Below are positions 18,950 to 26,112 of a stretch of DNA of 26,112 bases, piece by piece. The stretch's first letter is position 1, and each line of letters starts with the position of its first letter. A model generated the notes under the pieces. It saw only the letters and a list, made by a program, of their open reading frames with translations, ran no database searches and was not told the DNA's origin. Made by a program: the position numbers and the translations under genes. Source of the DNA: Elusimicrobiota bacterium (lineage in GTDB: Bacteria; Elusimicrobiota; UBA8919). The DNA lies in contig JBDRIG010000067.1 of the NCBI GenBank assembly GCA_043816185.1, positions 1 to 26,112 of the forward strand. Direction: 5' to 3'.

Positions 18950-19052
18950 GTCATTGCGAGAAGCGAATGAAATGAGCGACAAAGCAATCTCTGTGTTGAA
19001 GTTCGAGATTACTTCGCCCGCAATGACGGCTTGGTTTCATTCGCTTCTCGCA
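18950..19052. repeat. Most complete copy of the GTCATTGCGAG REP-like palindromic element
   Basis: Left arm 18950-18991. GAGATTACTTCG...GCAATGAC at 19005-19027. Perfect 18-bp inverted repeat at 18955-18972 / 19035-19052. Confidence 0.85.
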
Positions 19053-19108
19053 TCTTAAAAACAAAAAAAATAAAAGATTTAAGGAAAAAGATTTACAATT
19101 TTTACTTT

Positions 19109-19816
19109 ATGAATGGAGTTCTTTATGTTGTTGCAACACCAATCGGCCACCTCAAAGATATTACATTAAGAGCATTAGAAACGCTTAAAACGGTTGATTT
19201 AATTGCCTGCGAAGATACTCGTCGGACAAAAATTTTGCTTGTGCATTATGATATAATAAAACCACAGATAAGTTTTTACTCGCAAAATCAGTTTAGAAGA
19301 ATACCTTATTTAATAGACGAGTTGAAAAAAGGAAAGAGTATCGCACTTGTAACGGATGCGGGAACTCCGGGTATCTCAGACCCCGGTTTTTTTCTTGTAA
19401 AAAAAGCAATTGAGCAGGAAATAAAGGTTGAGGTTGTTCCAGGTGTTTCGGCGGTTATAACGGCACTTTCTGCGAGCGGGTTACCAACTGACGGATTTGT
19501 GTTTTTGGGATTTTTGCCGAGAAAAAAAGGCAAAATTAAAAAAGTTTTTGAAAAAGTTACAGTAATTGAGAAGACGATAATTTTTTACGAGTCACCATAT
19601 CGTCTTATCAGAACATTAGAAATAATTTCTGAAATTTTTCCACAAGATTCCGATGTTATTGTTTGTCGCGAACTTACGAAAAAGTTTGAAGAGTTTATTC
19701 GTGGAACTGCCTCCAATATCATTGAAAAATTGCCCAAGAAAATTTTAGGCGAAATCACGGTTCTGATTTCTGTAAAAAACAAGGAACAAGCCACAGGATT
19801 AAGTTCAACATGTTAG
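19109..19816 (+). CDS. rsmI: 16S rRNA (cytidine(1402)-2'-O)-methyltransferase
   Basis: LYVVATPIG, ACEDTRRT, DAGTPGISDPG, FYESPYR, RELTKKFEE. Start moved to ATG 19109 because the upstream extension lies in the repeat. Confidence 0.95.
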   Translation: MNGVLYVVATPIGHLKDITLRALETLKTVDLIACEDTRRTKILLVHYDIIKPQISFYSQNQFRRIPYLIDELKKGKSIALVTDAGTPGISDPGFFLVKKAIEQEIKVEVVPGVSAVITALSASGLPTDGFVFLGFLPRKKGKIKKVFEKVTVIEKTIIFYESPYRLIRTLEIISEIFPQDSDVIVCRELTKKFEEFIRGTASNIIEKLPKKILGEITVLISVKNKEQATGLSSTC

Positions 19817-19850
19817 TGCAACACCTGATTGAAAATCTGTGGTAAAAAAT

Positions 19851-20885
19851 ATGAAAACAAAAAATATGAAAACGATAGATGTAGCGGTTGTTGGTGCAAA
19901 GGGATATGCTGGTGAAGAACTTATAAAAATTCTTCTGAAACATTCACAAGTAAAAATTACTTCTTTGTCAGGTAGAATGGACGGAAAACCAAAACATATA
20001 TCTGAAATGTATTCGTATTTGAAAGGCAAATTAGATATATTTTGTGAGGATATTGACGAGAAAAAAATTGCTGATAATTCTGATGTAATTTTTACAGCTC
20101 TTCCGCACAAGGTTTCGATGGAGATTGTTTCAAAGTTTATTTCTTTGAATAAAAAAGTGATTGATTTAAGTGCTGATTTTCGTCTAAAAGATCCTGCTGT
20201 TTATGAAAAGTGGTATAAAACAAAACATACAAATTCTAATCTTTTGGAAAAAGCGGTTTATGGACTACCAGAAATCTATAGAAAAAAAATAAAAAAGGCA
20301 AAATTAGTTGCTAATCCTGGTTGTTATCCTACAACCATAATTCTTGGTTGTTATCCATTATTAAAAGAGAATCTTGTTAATAAAAAAAAAATAATAATTG
20401 ATTCAAAAAGCGGCATATCGGGCGGTGGTAGAGAGTTTGTCAAAAATTATAGAGAACACAATTGTTATGCATATCAAGTTGGTGGAATTCACAGGCATAT
20501 CCCCGAGATAGAACAAGAATTGTCCCATATTTTACATCCCACATCCAATATCTGTATTTCTTTCACGCCTCATATTATTCCACAAGAAAAAGGAATGTTA
20601 TCAACTATTTATTTGCAATTAAAAAAAGAAATTTTTTTGGCGGATGTTATTGCAATTTACAAAAAATATTATGAGAATGAACCGTTTGTCAGAATTGCAG
20701 AAACATCTATGACAAAAAATGTTGTCAATACAAATTACTGCGATATAGCGATAAACAAAGACGAGAGAACAAACACTTTAATAATAACTTCAGCAATTGA
20801 TAATCTCATAAAAGGTGCTGCTGGACAAGCGGTTCAAAATATGAACATAATGTTTGGTTTCAACGAGCAAGAAGGGCTTGTATAA
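19851..20885 (+). CDS. argC: N-acetyl-gamma-glutamyl-phosphate reductase (start 19851 or 19866)
   Basis: VVGAKGYAGEEL, DLSADFRL, catalytic NPGCYPT, HRHIPEI, DNLIKGAAGQAVQNMN. Confidence 0.96.
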   Translation: MKTKNMKTIDVAVVGAKGYAGEELIKILLKHSQVKITSLSGRMDGKPKHISEMYSYLKGKLDIFCEDIDEKKIADNSDVIFTALPHKVSMEIVSKFISLNKKVIDLSADFRLKDPAVYEKWYKTKHTNSNLLEKAVYGLPEIYRKKIKKAKLVANPGCYPTTIILGCYPLLKENLVNKKKIIIDSKSGISGGGREFVKNYREHNCYAYQVGGIHRHIPEIEQELSHILHPTSNICISFTPHIIPQEKGMLSTIYLQLKKEIFLADVIAIYKKYYENEPFVRIAETSMTKNVVNTNYCDIAINKDERTNTLIITSAIDNLIKGAAGQAVQNMNIMFGFNEQEGLV

Positions 20886-20895
20886 AAAATAGAAT

Positions 20896-20987
20896 AAAAA
20901 TCAAATTTTTGAAATTCTTTACATGTTCAGTAGTGATAATATGGTGTAGTCCTGCGTATAACACTTCACAATTTCAGTGTTGAAGTT
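20896..20987 (+). repeat. Second copy of the 91/92-bp dispersed repeat
   Basis: Reverse complement of 10507-10597. Confidence 0.9.
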
Positions 20988-21029
20988 ATGAGATTGCTTT
21001 ACTTTGTCCGTAATGACGGAACAAGCGAG

Positions 21030-21069
21030 GATTGCTTCGTCGCTCATTTCATTTGCTTCTCGCAATAAC
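21030..21069 (-). repeat. GTCATTGCGAG REP-like family arm
   Basis: Minus strand reads GTTATTGCGAGAAGCAAATGAAATGAGCGACGAAGCAATC, 37 of 40 identical to 18950-18989. Confidence 0.85.
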
Positions 21070-21140
21070 CATGAGCATAAAATAAGTTGTTAGTAAATGT
21101 CTGGGTAGTAAATGTAAAAAAATAGGACGAAAAATAAATT

Positions 21141-22349
21141 ATGAGCACATTTCCTAAAGGGTTTTTTGCTGATGGGTTGTATTGTGGAATAAAAAAGAAT
21201 GGAAAAAAAGACCTGTCCCTTTTTTATTCTGAGAAACCGTGCGTTGCGGCGGGAATGTTCACAAAAAATGTCTTTAAAGCAGCGCCAGTGATTGTTTCAC
21301 AGAAAAATATAAAAAATGAAATTCATGCAATTGTGGTGAATTCTGGTTGTGCTAATGCCTGCACGGGTGAAAGAGGAACAAAAGATGCGCGAAAAATGTG
21401 TGAATTGACTGCGGATAAATTAAATGTAAAACCTGAAAATATTTTGGTTGCTTCAACTGGTGTTATTGGTCAATATTTACCGATGGAAAAAATAAAAAAA
21501 GGTATAGAAAAAATTGCTCACGGATTGGTTGGTTCGCAGGCTCACGACTGGTTGGCGTCCGTCGAAGCCATTATGACCACAGACACATTTCCAAAAATTT
21601 ACAGTTTACAGTTTACAATTTGCAATTTACCTGTTACTATCTGGGCTTGTGCTAAAGGCAGCGGAATGATCGAGCCAAATCTTACTTGTCTGGCAGCAAA
21701 ACATGCAACAATGCTTTCTTTTATTTTAACAGACGCAAAAATTACAAAAAAGGCGCTAAGTCGTGCCTTGTCAATTACTGTTGAAAAAAGTTTTAATTGT
21801 CTAACCATTGACGGAGATACCTCAACTAACGATACGGTTTTTGCTCTTGCTAATGGCGAAGCAAAGAATGATATTATTTCTGAGGGCGAAAATTTCCGAT
21901 TATTTTGTGACGGATTGACAACCTCCTGCATAGAACTCACAAAAATGCTTGCCCGTGATGGCGAGGGTGCTACAAAACTTATCACCATAAATGTTAAAGG
22001 TGCTAAAAAATTCGACGATGCAAAAAAAATTGCAAAAACGGTGGCAAATTCACCGCTTGTTAAGACGGCAATTTTTGGAAATGATGCCAATTGGGGTAGA
22101 ATTGTCGCTGCAATCGGAAGAAGTGGAGTAGAGTTTGATCCAAAAAAAGTTGATGTTTTTTTTGGTAATTTCTGTGTCTTCAAAAAAGGAAGACCAACTA
22201 ATTTTTCGGAAATCGAAGTAAAAAAGATTTTAAACCAGAAAGAAGTTAATCTTAATATTAATCTTAATCTCGACGGTTCATCCGTCACTGTATATACTTG
22301 CGACCTTACAGAAGATTACATAAAAATCAACGCTAATTATAGAACATGA
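21141..22349 (+). CDS. argJ: Glutamate N-acetyltransferase / ornithine acetyltransferase
   Basis: NSGCANACTG, STGVIG, IMTTDT, KGSGMI, ATML, DGDTSTND, DGEGATK, NWGRI, INANYRT. Confidence 0.96.
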   Translation: MSTFPKGFFADGLYCGIKKNGKKDLSLFYSEKPCVAAGMFTKNVFKAAPVIVSQKNIKNEIHAIVVNSGCANACTGERGTKDARKMCELTADKLNVKPENILVASTGVIGQYLPMEKIKKGIEKIAHGLVGSQAHDWLASVEAIMTTDTFPKIYSLQFTICNLPVTIWACAKGSGMIEPNLTCLAAKHATMLSFILTDAKITKKALSRALSITVEKSFNCLTIDGDTSTNDTVFALANGEAKNDIISEGENFRLFCDGLTTSCIELTKMLARDGEGATKLITINVKGAKKFDDAKKIAKTVANSPLVKTAIFGNDANWGRIVAAIGRSGVEFDPKKVDVFFGNFCVFKKGRPTNFSEIEVKKILNQKEVNLNINLNLDGSSVTVYTCDLTEDYIKINANYRT

Positions 22350-22966
22350 AAGTATATAAATTAAATGATTTAAGTAAATCTGCAATATCTCAAATTGCAC
22401 AAGAGTTAAAATCGGGTAAAATCGCAGTTTTTCCAACGGATACTGTTTATGGTATTGGGACAAATGTGTTTTGCTTGCAAAAAGTAAAAAAAATTTATAA
22501 GATAAAGGGACGTGATAGAAAACCAATGCCGCTTCTTATTGACAGCATCGTAAAAATAAGAAAAATTGTCAAAAAAATTTCATCAGATATAGAAAAAATA
22601 ATAAAAGAATTTTGGCCTGGAGCACTTACACTTATATTTGAAACGAACGAACTCGGTACCATTCTTACTGGCGGTAGAAAAAATATAGCAGTAAGGATTC
22701 CTGATAATAAAGTTTTACTTTCAATTATAAAAGAAATGAATTGTCCTCTTATAGGAACGAGCGCAAATATCTCAGGAAAAAAAAATTGCGAACGCGTTTC
22801 AGATTTAGATAAAAAAATTCTTAAAAATATTGATATACTTATAGACGGTGGTATTGTAAAATTAGGAAAACCATCAACTATTTTAGATGTTAGCAGATTT
22901 CCGTATACTGTGTTGCGAGAAGGTTGCATTTCAAAAAAAGAAATAGAAAAATTTTTAAAGATATAA
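22346..22966 (+). CDS. tsaC: L-threonylcarbamoyladenylate synthase (TsaC/YrdC/Sua5 family, short form)
   Basis: FPTDTVYGIG, KGR, WPGALT, AVRIP, TSANISG, PSTI.D, LREG. 4-bp ATGA overlap with argJ. Confidence 0.92.
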   Translation: MKVYKLNDLSKSAISQIAQELKSGKIAVFPTDTVYGIGTNVFCLQKVKKIYKIKGRDRKPMPLLIDSIVKIRKIVKKISSDIEKIIKEFWPGALTLIFETNELGTILTGGRKNIAVRIPDNKVLLSIIKEMNCPLIGTSANISGKKNCERVSDLDKKILKNIDILIDGGIVKLGKPSTILDVSRFPYTVLREGCISKKEIEKFLKI

Positions 22967-23005
22967 TTGTTACAACGATAAAAATAATATTGTTAGCAGC
23001 TTTTC

Positions 23006-23131
23006 GTAGGCACGGTCTGTGACCGTGTGTAGTTGACGTTGTTTCAATCGTGCGTCGTGCAAAAAACGCACGAACGCAGTTCGTGTCTACAACAAGCACT
23101 ACAACAATCGCAGGATAAACCCTATGGCTAC
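23006..23131. repeat. Cluster of three GTAG-type REP-like hairpins
   Basis: 23006-23028 (+) GTAGG-CACGGTC-tgt-GACCGTG; 23068-23090 (-) GTAGA-CACGAAC-tgc-GTTCGTG; 23109-23131 (-) GTAGCCATAGGGTTTATCCTGCG. Confidence 0.65.
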
Positions 23132-23152
23132 CAAATCTTACAGACCTCTGGG

Positions 23153-23188
23153 CAAGAAAGCCCTCGGCTTTAGCCGTGGAGAGTGTCA
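23153..23188 (+). mobile_element. Orphan IS200/IS605-like right-end hairpin
   Basis: CAAGAAAGCCCTCGGCTTTAGCCGTGGAGAGTGTCA: an imperfect subterminal hairpin followed closely by TCA. Recognised by resemblance only; no tnpA or tnpB nearby. Confidence 0.55.
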
Positions 23189-23228
23189 GTCGTAGATCGT
23201 GCTGTAATCAATCATTATAGGAGAAACA

Positions 23229-24470
23229 ATGCTGAAGGAAACAGATTACGAAATTTGGAAGACAATACAAAACGAAATGAAAAGACAAAAGGATTTTCTT
23301 GAACTTATTGCTTCAGAAAATTTTGTATCAGATGCGGTTTTAGAGGCACAGGGTTCAGTTTTAACAAATAAATATGCTGAGGGTTACCCAGATAAAAGAT
23401 ATTATGGCGGATGCCAGTTTGTGGATGTAGCGGAGAAACTTGCAATAGAGCGGGCAAAAAAACTTTTTAATTGTGAGCATGTAAATGTTCAATCACATTC
23501 AGGAACACAGGCGAATATGGCAGTTTATTTTGCAGTGCTAAATATCGGCGATACGATTATGGGAATGCATCTATCTCACGGTGGCCATCTTTCACACGGT
23601 CATCCTGCAAATTTCTCAGGAAAATATTTTAAAACAGTGCCAATAAGTGTTTCAAAAAAAACTGGACTCATTGATTATAGAGAAGCAAAACAACTTGCAA
23701 AAAAACATAAACCAAAACTCATCATTGCAGGCACATCCGCATATTCAAGGATTATCGACTGGCAAAAATTTAGAAATATCTGCGACGAGGTTGGTTGTTA
23801 TTTAATGGCCGATATTGCTCATTATGCGGGTATGATTGCCGTCGGATTATATCCAACGCCAGTCCATTTTGCCGATTTTATAACGACAACAACTCACAAA
23901 ACATTAAGAGGCCCACGTGGTGGTATGATTATGTGTAAAAAAAAATATGCTTCCATGATTGATAAGACTGTTTTTCCTGGCACACAGGGTGGACCTTTAA
24001 TGCATGTAATTGCTGCAAAAGCTGTTGCTTTCGGTGAGGCATTAAAACCCGAATTCAAAGAATATCAATTTCAGGTTCTAAAAAATGCAAGAGAACTTTC
24101 GTCAAGTTTACAAAAAAAAGGTTTCAAAATTGTTTCTGATGGAACAGATTCCCATCTTTTGCTTGTTGATTTAGGTCCTCGAAAACTTACAGGGATTGAG
24201 ATTGAGCGTGTCCTCGATAAAACAGGGATTACTGTTAATAAAAATTCAGTTCCTTACGATACACAAAAACCGTTTATCACATCTGGAATACGACTTGGAA
24301 CACCTGCTGTTACAACGCGTGGAATGAAAGAAAAAGAAATGCAATTGATAGCTGATTTTATTGCTGATGTAATAAAGCATAAAGATAACGATACAACATT
24401 AAAAAAAATAAGAGAAAAAGTAAAATTGTTATGCAAAAAATTTCCTGTGTGTAAAAACCGACTAAAATAA
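23229..24470 (+). CDS. glyA: Serine hydroxymethyltransferase
   Basis: [31 protein letters not shown]-lysine motif [33 protein letters not shown] Shine-Dalgarno upstream. Confidence 0.98.
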   Translation: MLKETDYEIWKTIQNEMKRQKDFLELIASENFVSDAVLEAQGSVLTNKYAEGYPDKRYYGGCQFVDVAEKLAIERAKKLFNCEHVNVQSHSGTQANMAVYFAVLNIGDTIMGMHLSHGGHLSHGHPANFSGKYFKTVPISVSKKTGLIDYREAKQLAKKHKPKLIIAGTSAYSRIIDWQKFRNICDEVGCYLMADIAHYAGMIAVGLYPTPVHFADFITTTTHKTLRGPRGGMIMCKKKYASMIDKTVFPGTQGGPLMHVIAAKAVAFGEALKPEFKEYQFQVLKNARELSSSLQKKGFKIVSDGTDSHLLLVDLGPRKLTGIEIERVLDKTGITVNKNSVPYDTQKPFITSGIRLGTPAVTTRGMKEKEMQLIADFIADVIKHKDNDTTLKKIREKVKLLCKKFPVCKNRLK

Positions 24471-24484
24471 TCCAAAAATAATCT

Positions 24485-25534
24485 ATGAATTATCTTTATC
24501 TAACTGCTTTTGCCGTTGCATTATTTGTTTCTTTTACAACAACTCCAATTGCTAAATGGCTTGCAAAAAAATTTGGTGTGGTTGATAAACCAGATACGAG
24601 AAAAATTCACTCAACTGTTATGCCACGGTTGGGAGGGGTATCAATTTATCTCGGTTTTATGGCAGGAGTTCTGTGTCTGTATTTTTTTGGACAATTTCGA
24701 ACATTGCTTACATTTCGTCACAAAGTATTTGTTAATGGTGAGCTTGAGAATATTTTATCGATCGATAAACAACTTATTGGAATCCTCATCGGAGGAACTA
24801 TTATTTTTATTCTTGGACTTTTTGACGATAAAAAAAGTGTGCCACCAGTTGTAAAATTTTTAATTCAGATAATAGTGGCACTGTCCGTTGTGAGTTATGG
24901 TGTTAGCATAGCGGGGATAAGTCTTCCGTTTTTCAATAACTATCTTAATTTTCCGCTTTTGTTAAGTCAGATTATAACTATTTTTTGGCTTATTGGTTTT
25001 ATGAATACTATAAATCTTGTTGATGGCCTCGATGGACTTTCTGCTGGCGTGGTGGCAATAGCGGCATCAACATTTTTGATTGTTGCAATTTTGCAGAGCG
25101 ACACAAAGATTGTTCTTTTTTCAAAACAGTTAAAACTTGCTGCTATTTTATGTGTCGCACTTGTTGGTGCTTGCATTGGTTTTTTACATTACAATTTTTA
25201 TCCTGCAAAAATTTTTATGGGTGATAGCGGTAGTCAATTTTTAGGTTTTATACTCGGTGCAATAAGTGTAATAGGAACATTGAAAACGACTGCGATAGTT
25301 GCACTTTTTATTCCGATAACTGTTATAGCGTTTCCTATTTTAGATGTAGCCTTTTCAATTTTTAGAAGAATAAAGTGTAAAAAAAATATAATGGAAGCCG
25401 ACAGAGAGCATTTTCATCATTATCTTTTAAGTGCTGGTTGGGCACACAGGGAAATAGTGCTTTTAATATATGTGATAACCTTTGTTTTATCATTTTGTGC
25501 GATTTTACTTACAATTTTTAATGGGAAGATTTAA
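24485..25534 (+). CDS. wecA: Undecaprenyl-phosphate GlcNAc-1-phosphate transferase (WecA/TagO, MraY superfamily)
   Basis: DKPDTRKIH..MPRLGG, GLFDD, NLVDGLDGL, NFYPAKIFMGDSGS, DREHFHH; multiple TM helices. Confidence 0.88.
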   Translation: MNYLYLTAFAVALFVSFTTTPIAKWLAKKFGVVDKPDTRKIHSTVMPRLGGVSIYLGFMAGVLCLYFFGQFRTLLTFRHKVFVNGELENILSIDKQLIGILIGGTIIFILGLFDDKKSVPPVVKFLIQIIVALSVVSYGVSIAGISLPFFNNYLNFPLLLSQIITIFWLIGFMNTINLVDGLDGLSAGVVAIAASTFLIVAILQSDTKIVLFSKQLKLAAILCVALVGACIGFLHYNFYPAKIFMGDSGSQFLGFILGAISVIGTLKTTAIVALFIPITVIAFPILDVAFSIFRRIKCKKNIMEADREHFHHYLLSAGWAHREIVLLIYVITFVLSFCAILLTIFNGKI

Positions 25535-25635
25535 ATAGTTTTCTTATAGTTTTCTCGGGAACCTATAAAAATTATGATTTCACAGATTAAACGGCTGGTC
25601 GTACGGATAAAGCAAAGATTAAATCGGAGATTTTT

Positions 25636-25983
25636 ATGGAAAAGAATCCTAAATTAGACGAGTTGTCATTGGATGAGATTAGTGCGGTTTTGACGCACAA
25701 GTGGTTTTTATCAGAAGAATCTGGTGGTGATGTCGGGATTGATGTTGCATTAAGTGACTGGTTTCAAAATCACTCGAAAAAATGGCGCGATGTTATGATG
25801 AAGATGGATTTTGAAATACAAAAAAGTGAAATTGAAAAACACAGGTGGTTTTTGTCTCAAAAATTGGGCTATGACATTGGAATGCAACAGGCTGCACTTG
25901 ATTGGATAAAGTCAGGTTATGCAGAAGCATGGAGAGATAAAACAGGACCATATGCAGAAGATAAAGATATTATACTATCATGA
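25636..25983 (+). CDS. DUF4032-like protein with two internal repeats
   Basis: HKWFLSEESGGDVGIDVALSDW and HRWFLSQKLGYDIGMQQAALDW; GGAG upstream. Confidence 0.75.
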   Translation: MEKNPKLDELSLDEISAVLTHKWFLSEESGGDVGIDVALSDWFQNHSKKWRDVMMKMDFEIQKSEIEKHRWFLSQKLGYDIGMQQAALDWIKSGYAEAWRDKTGPYAEDKDIILS

Positions 25984-26112
25984 TACCGTTGAAAAAGTCA
26001 GTTGTAATTTCAGTTGGTATGCCTAAACAATATTTTCAAGCAACCACAAGGACAATAATTGTTAGTAACATTTACGGTTTTTCAAATATTTTTAAATTTT
26101 CGTTCTTTGAAT

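Noticed and set aside
18843..19058. 71-aa ORF and the N-terminal extension of rsmI from 19031
   Set aside because: Both read through the palindromic repeat; RsmI similarity starts at ATG 19109
23100..23228. ZTP (pfl) riboswitch upstream of glyA
   Set aside because: CTGGGCA is present, but the GACTGGCG and CGCC pseudoknot elements are absent
424..25176. Minus-strand and alternative-frame ORFs in the track (for example 424-1050, 9488-10078, 21599-22288)
   Set aside because: They lie within well-supported + strand genes and show no family motifs
25544..25568. Intrinsic terminator after wecA
   Set aside because: Weak AT-rich stem with a mismatch and no U-tract
25982..26112. Possible IS/MITE end GATACCGTTGAAAAAGTC after the last gene
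   Set aside because: No convincing partner inverted repeat or second copy inside the window

Overview
AT-rich bacterial window with 14 protein-coding genes, all on the + strand. It looks like a diderm; the gene content is reminiscent of Elusimicrobiota-type genomes, which is inference only. The left part holds a 5'-truncated giant (>3,097 aa) secreted protein: GATase-like domain, many Ig-like modules, a 14-blade beta-propeller array and a C-terminal T9SS type A/FlgD-like sorting domain. It is followed by an exported HEAT-repeat protein and a PorV/FadL-like outer-membrane barrel. The middle has a DUF1015 gene, a CsgG/FlgO-plus-HEAT protein and a three-gene minor-pilin cluster whose first pilin is fused to a long beta-helix-like region. 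The right part is housekeeping: rsmI, argC, argJ, tsaC/sua5, glyA, a WecA/TagO-family transferase and a DUF4032-like protein. Most large intergenic gaps contain small non-coding repeats. These include a modular GTCATTGCGAG palindromic family, a 91-bp inverted dispersed repeat, a 112-bp MITE-like element, GTAG-type REPs, an orphan IS200/IS605-like right end, a 34-bp direct repeat and heptamer arrays that also lie inside argC and argJ. No transposase, RNA gene or CRISPR array was seen.
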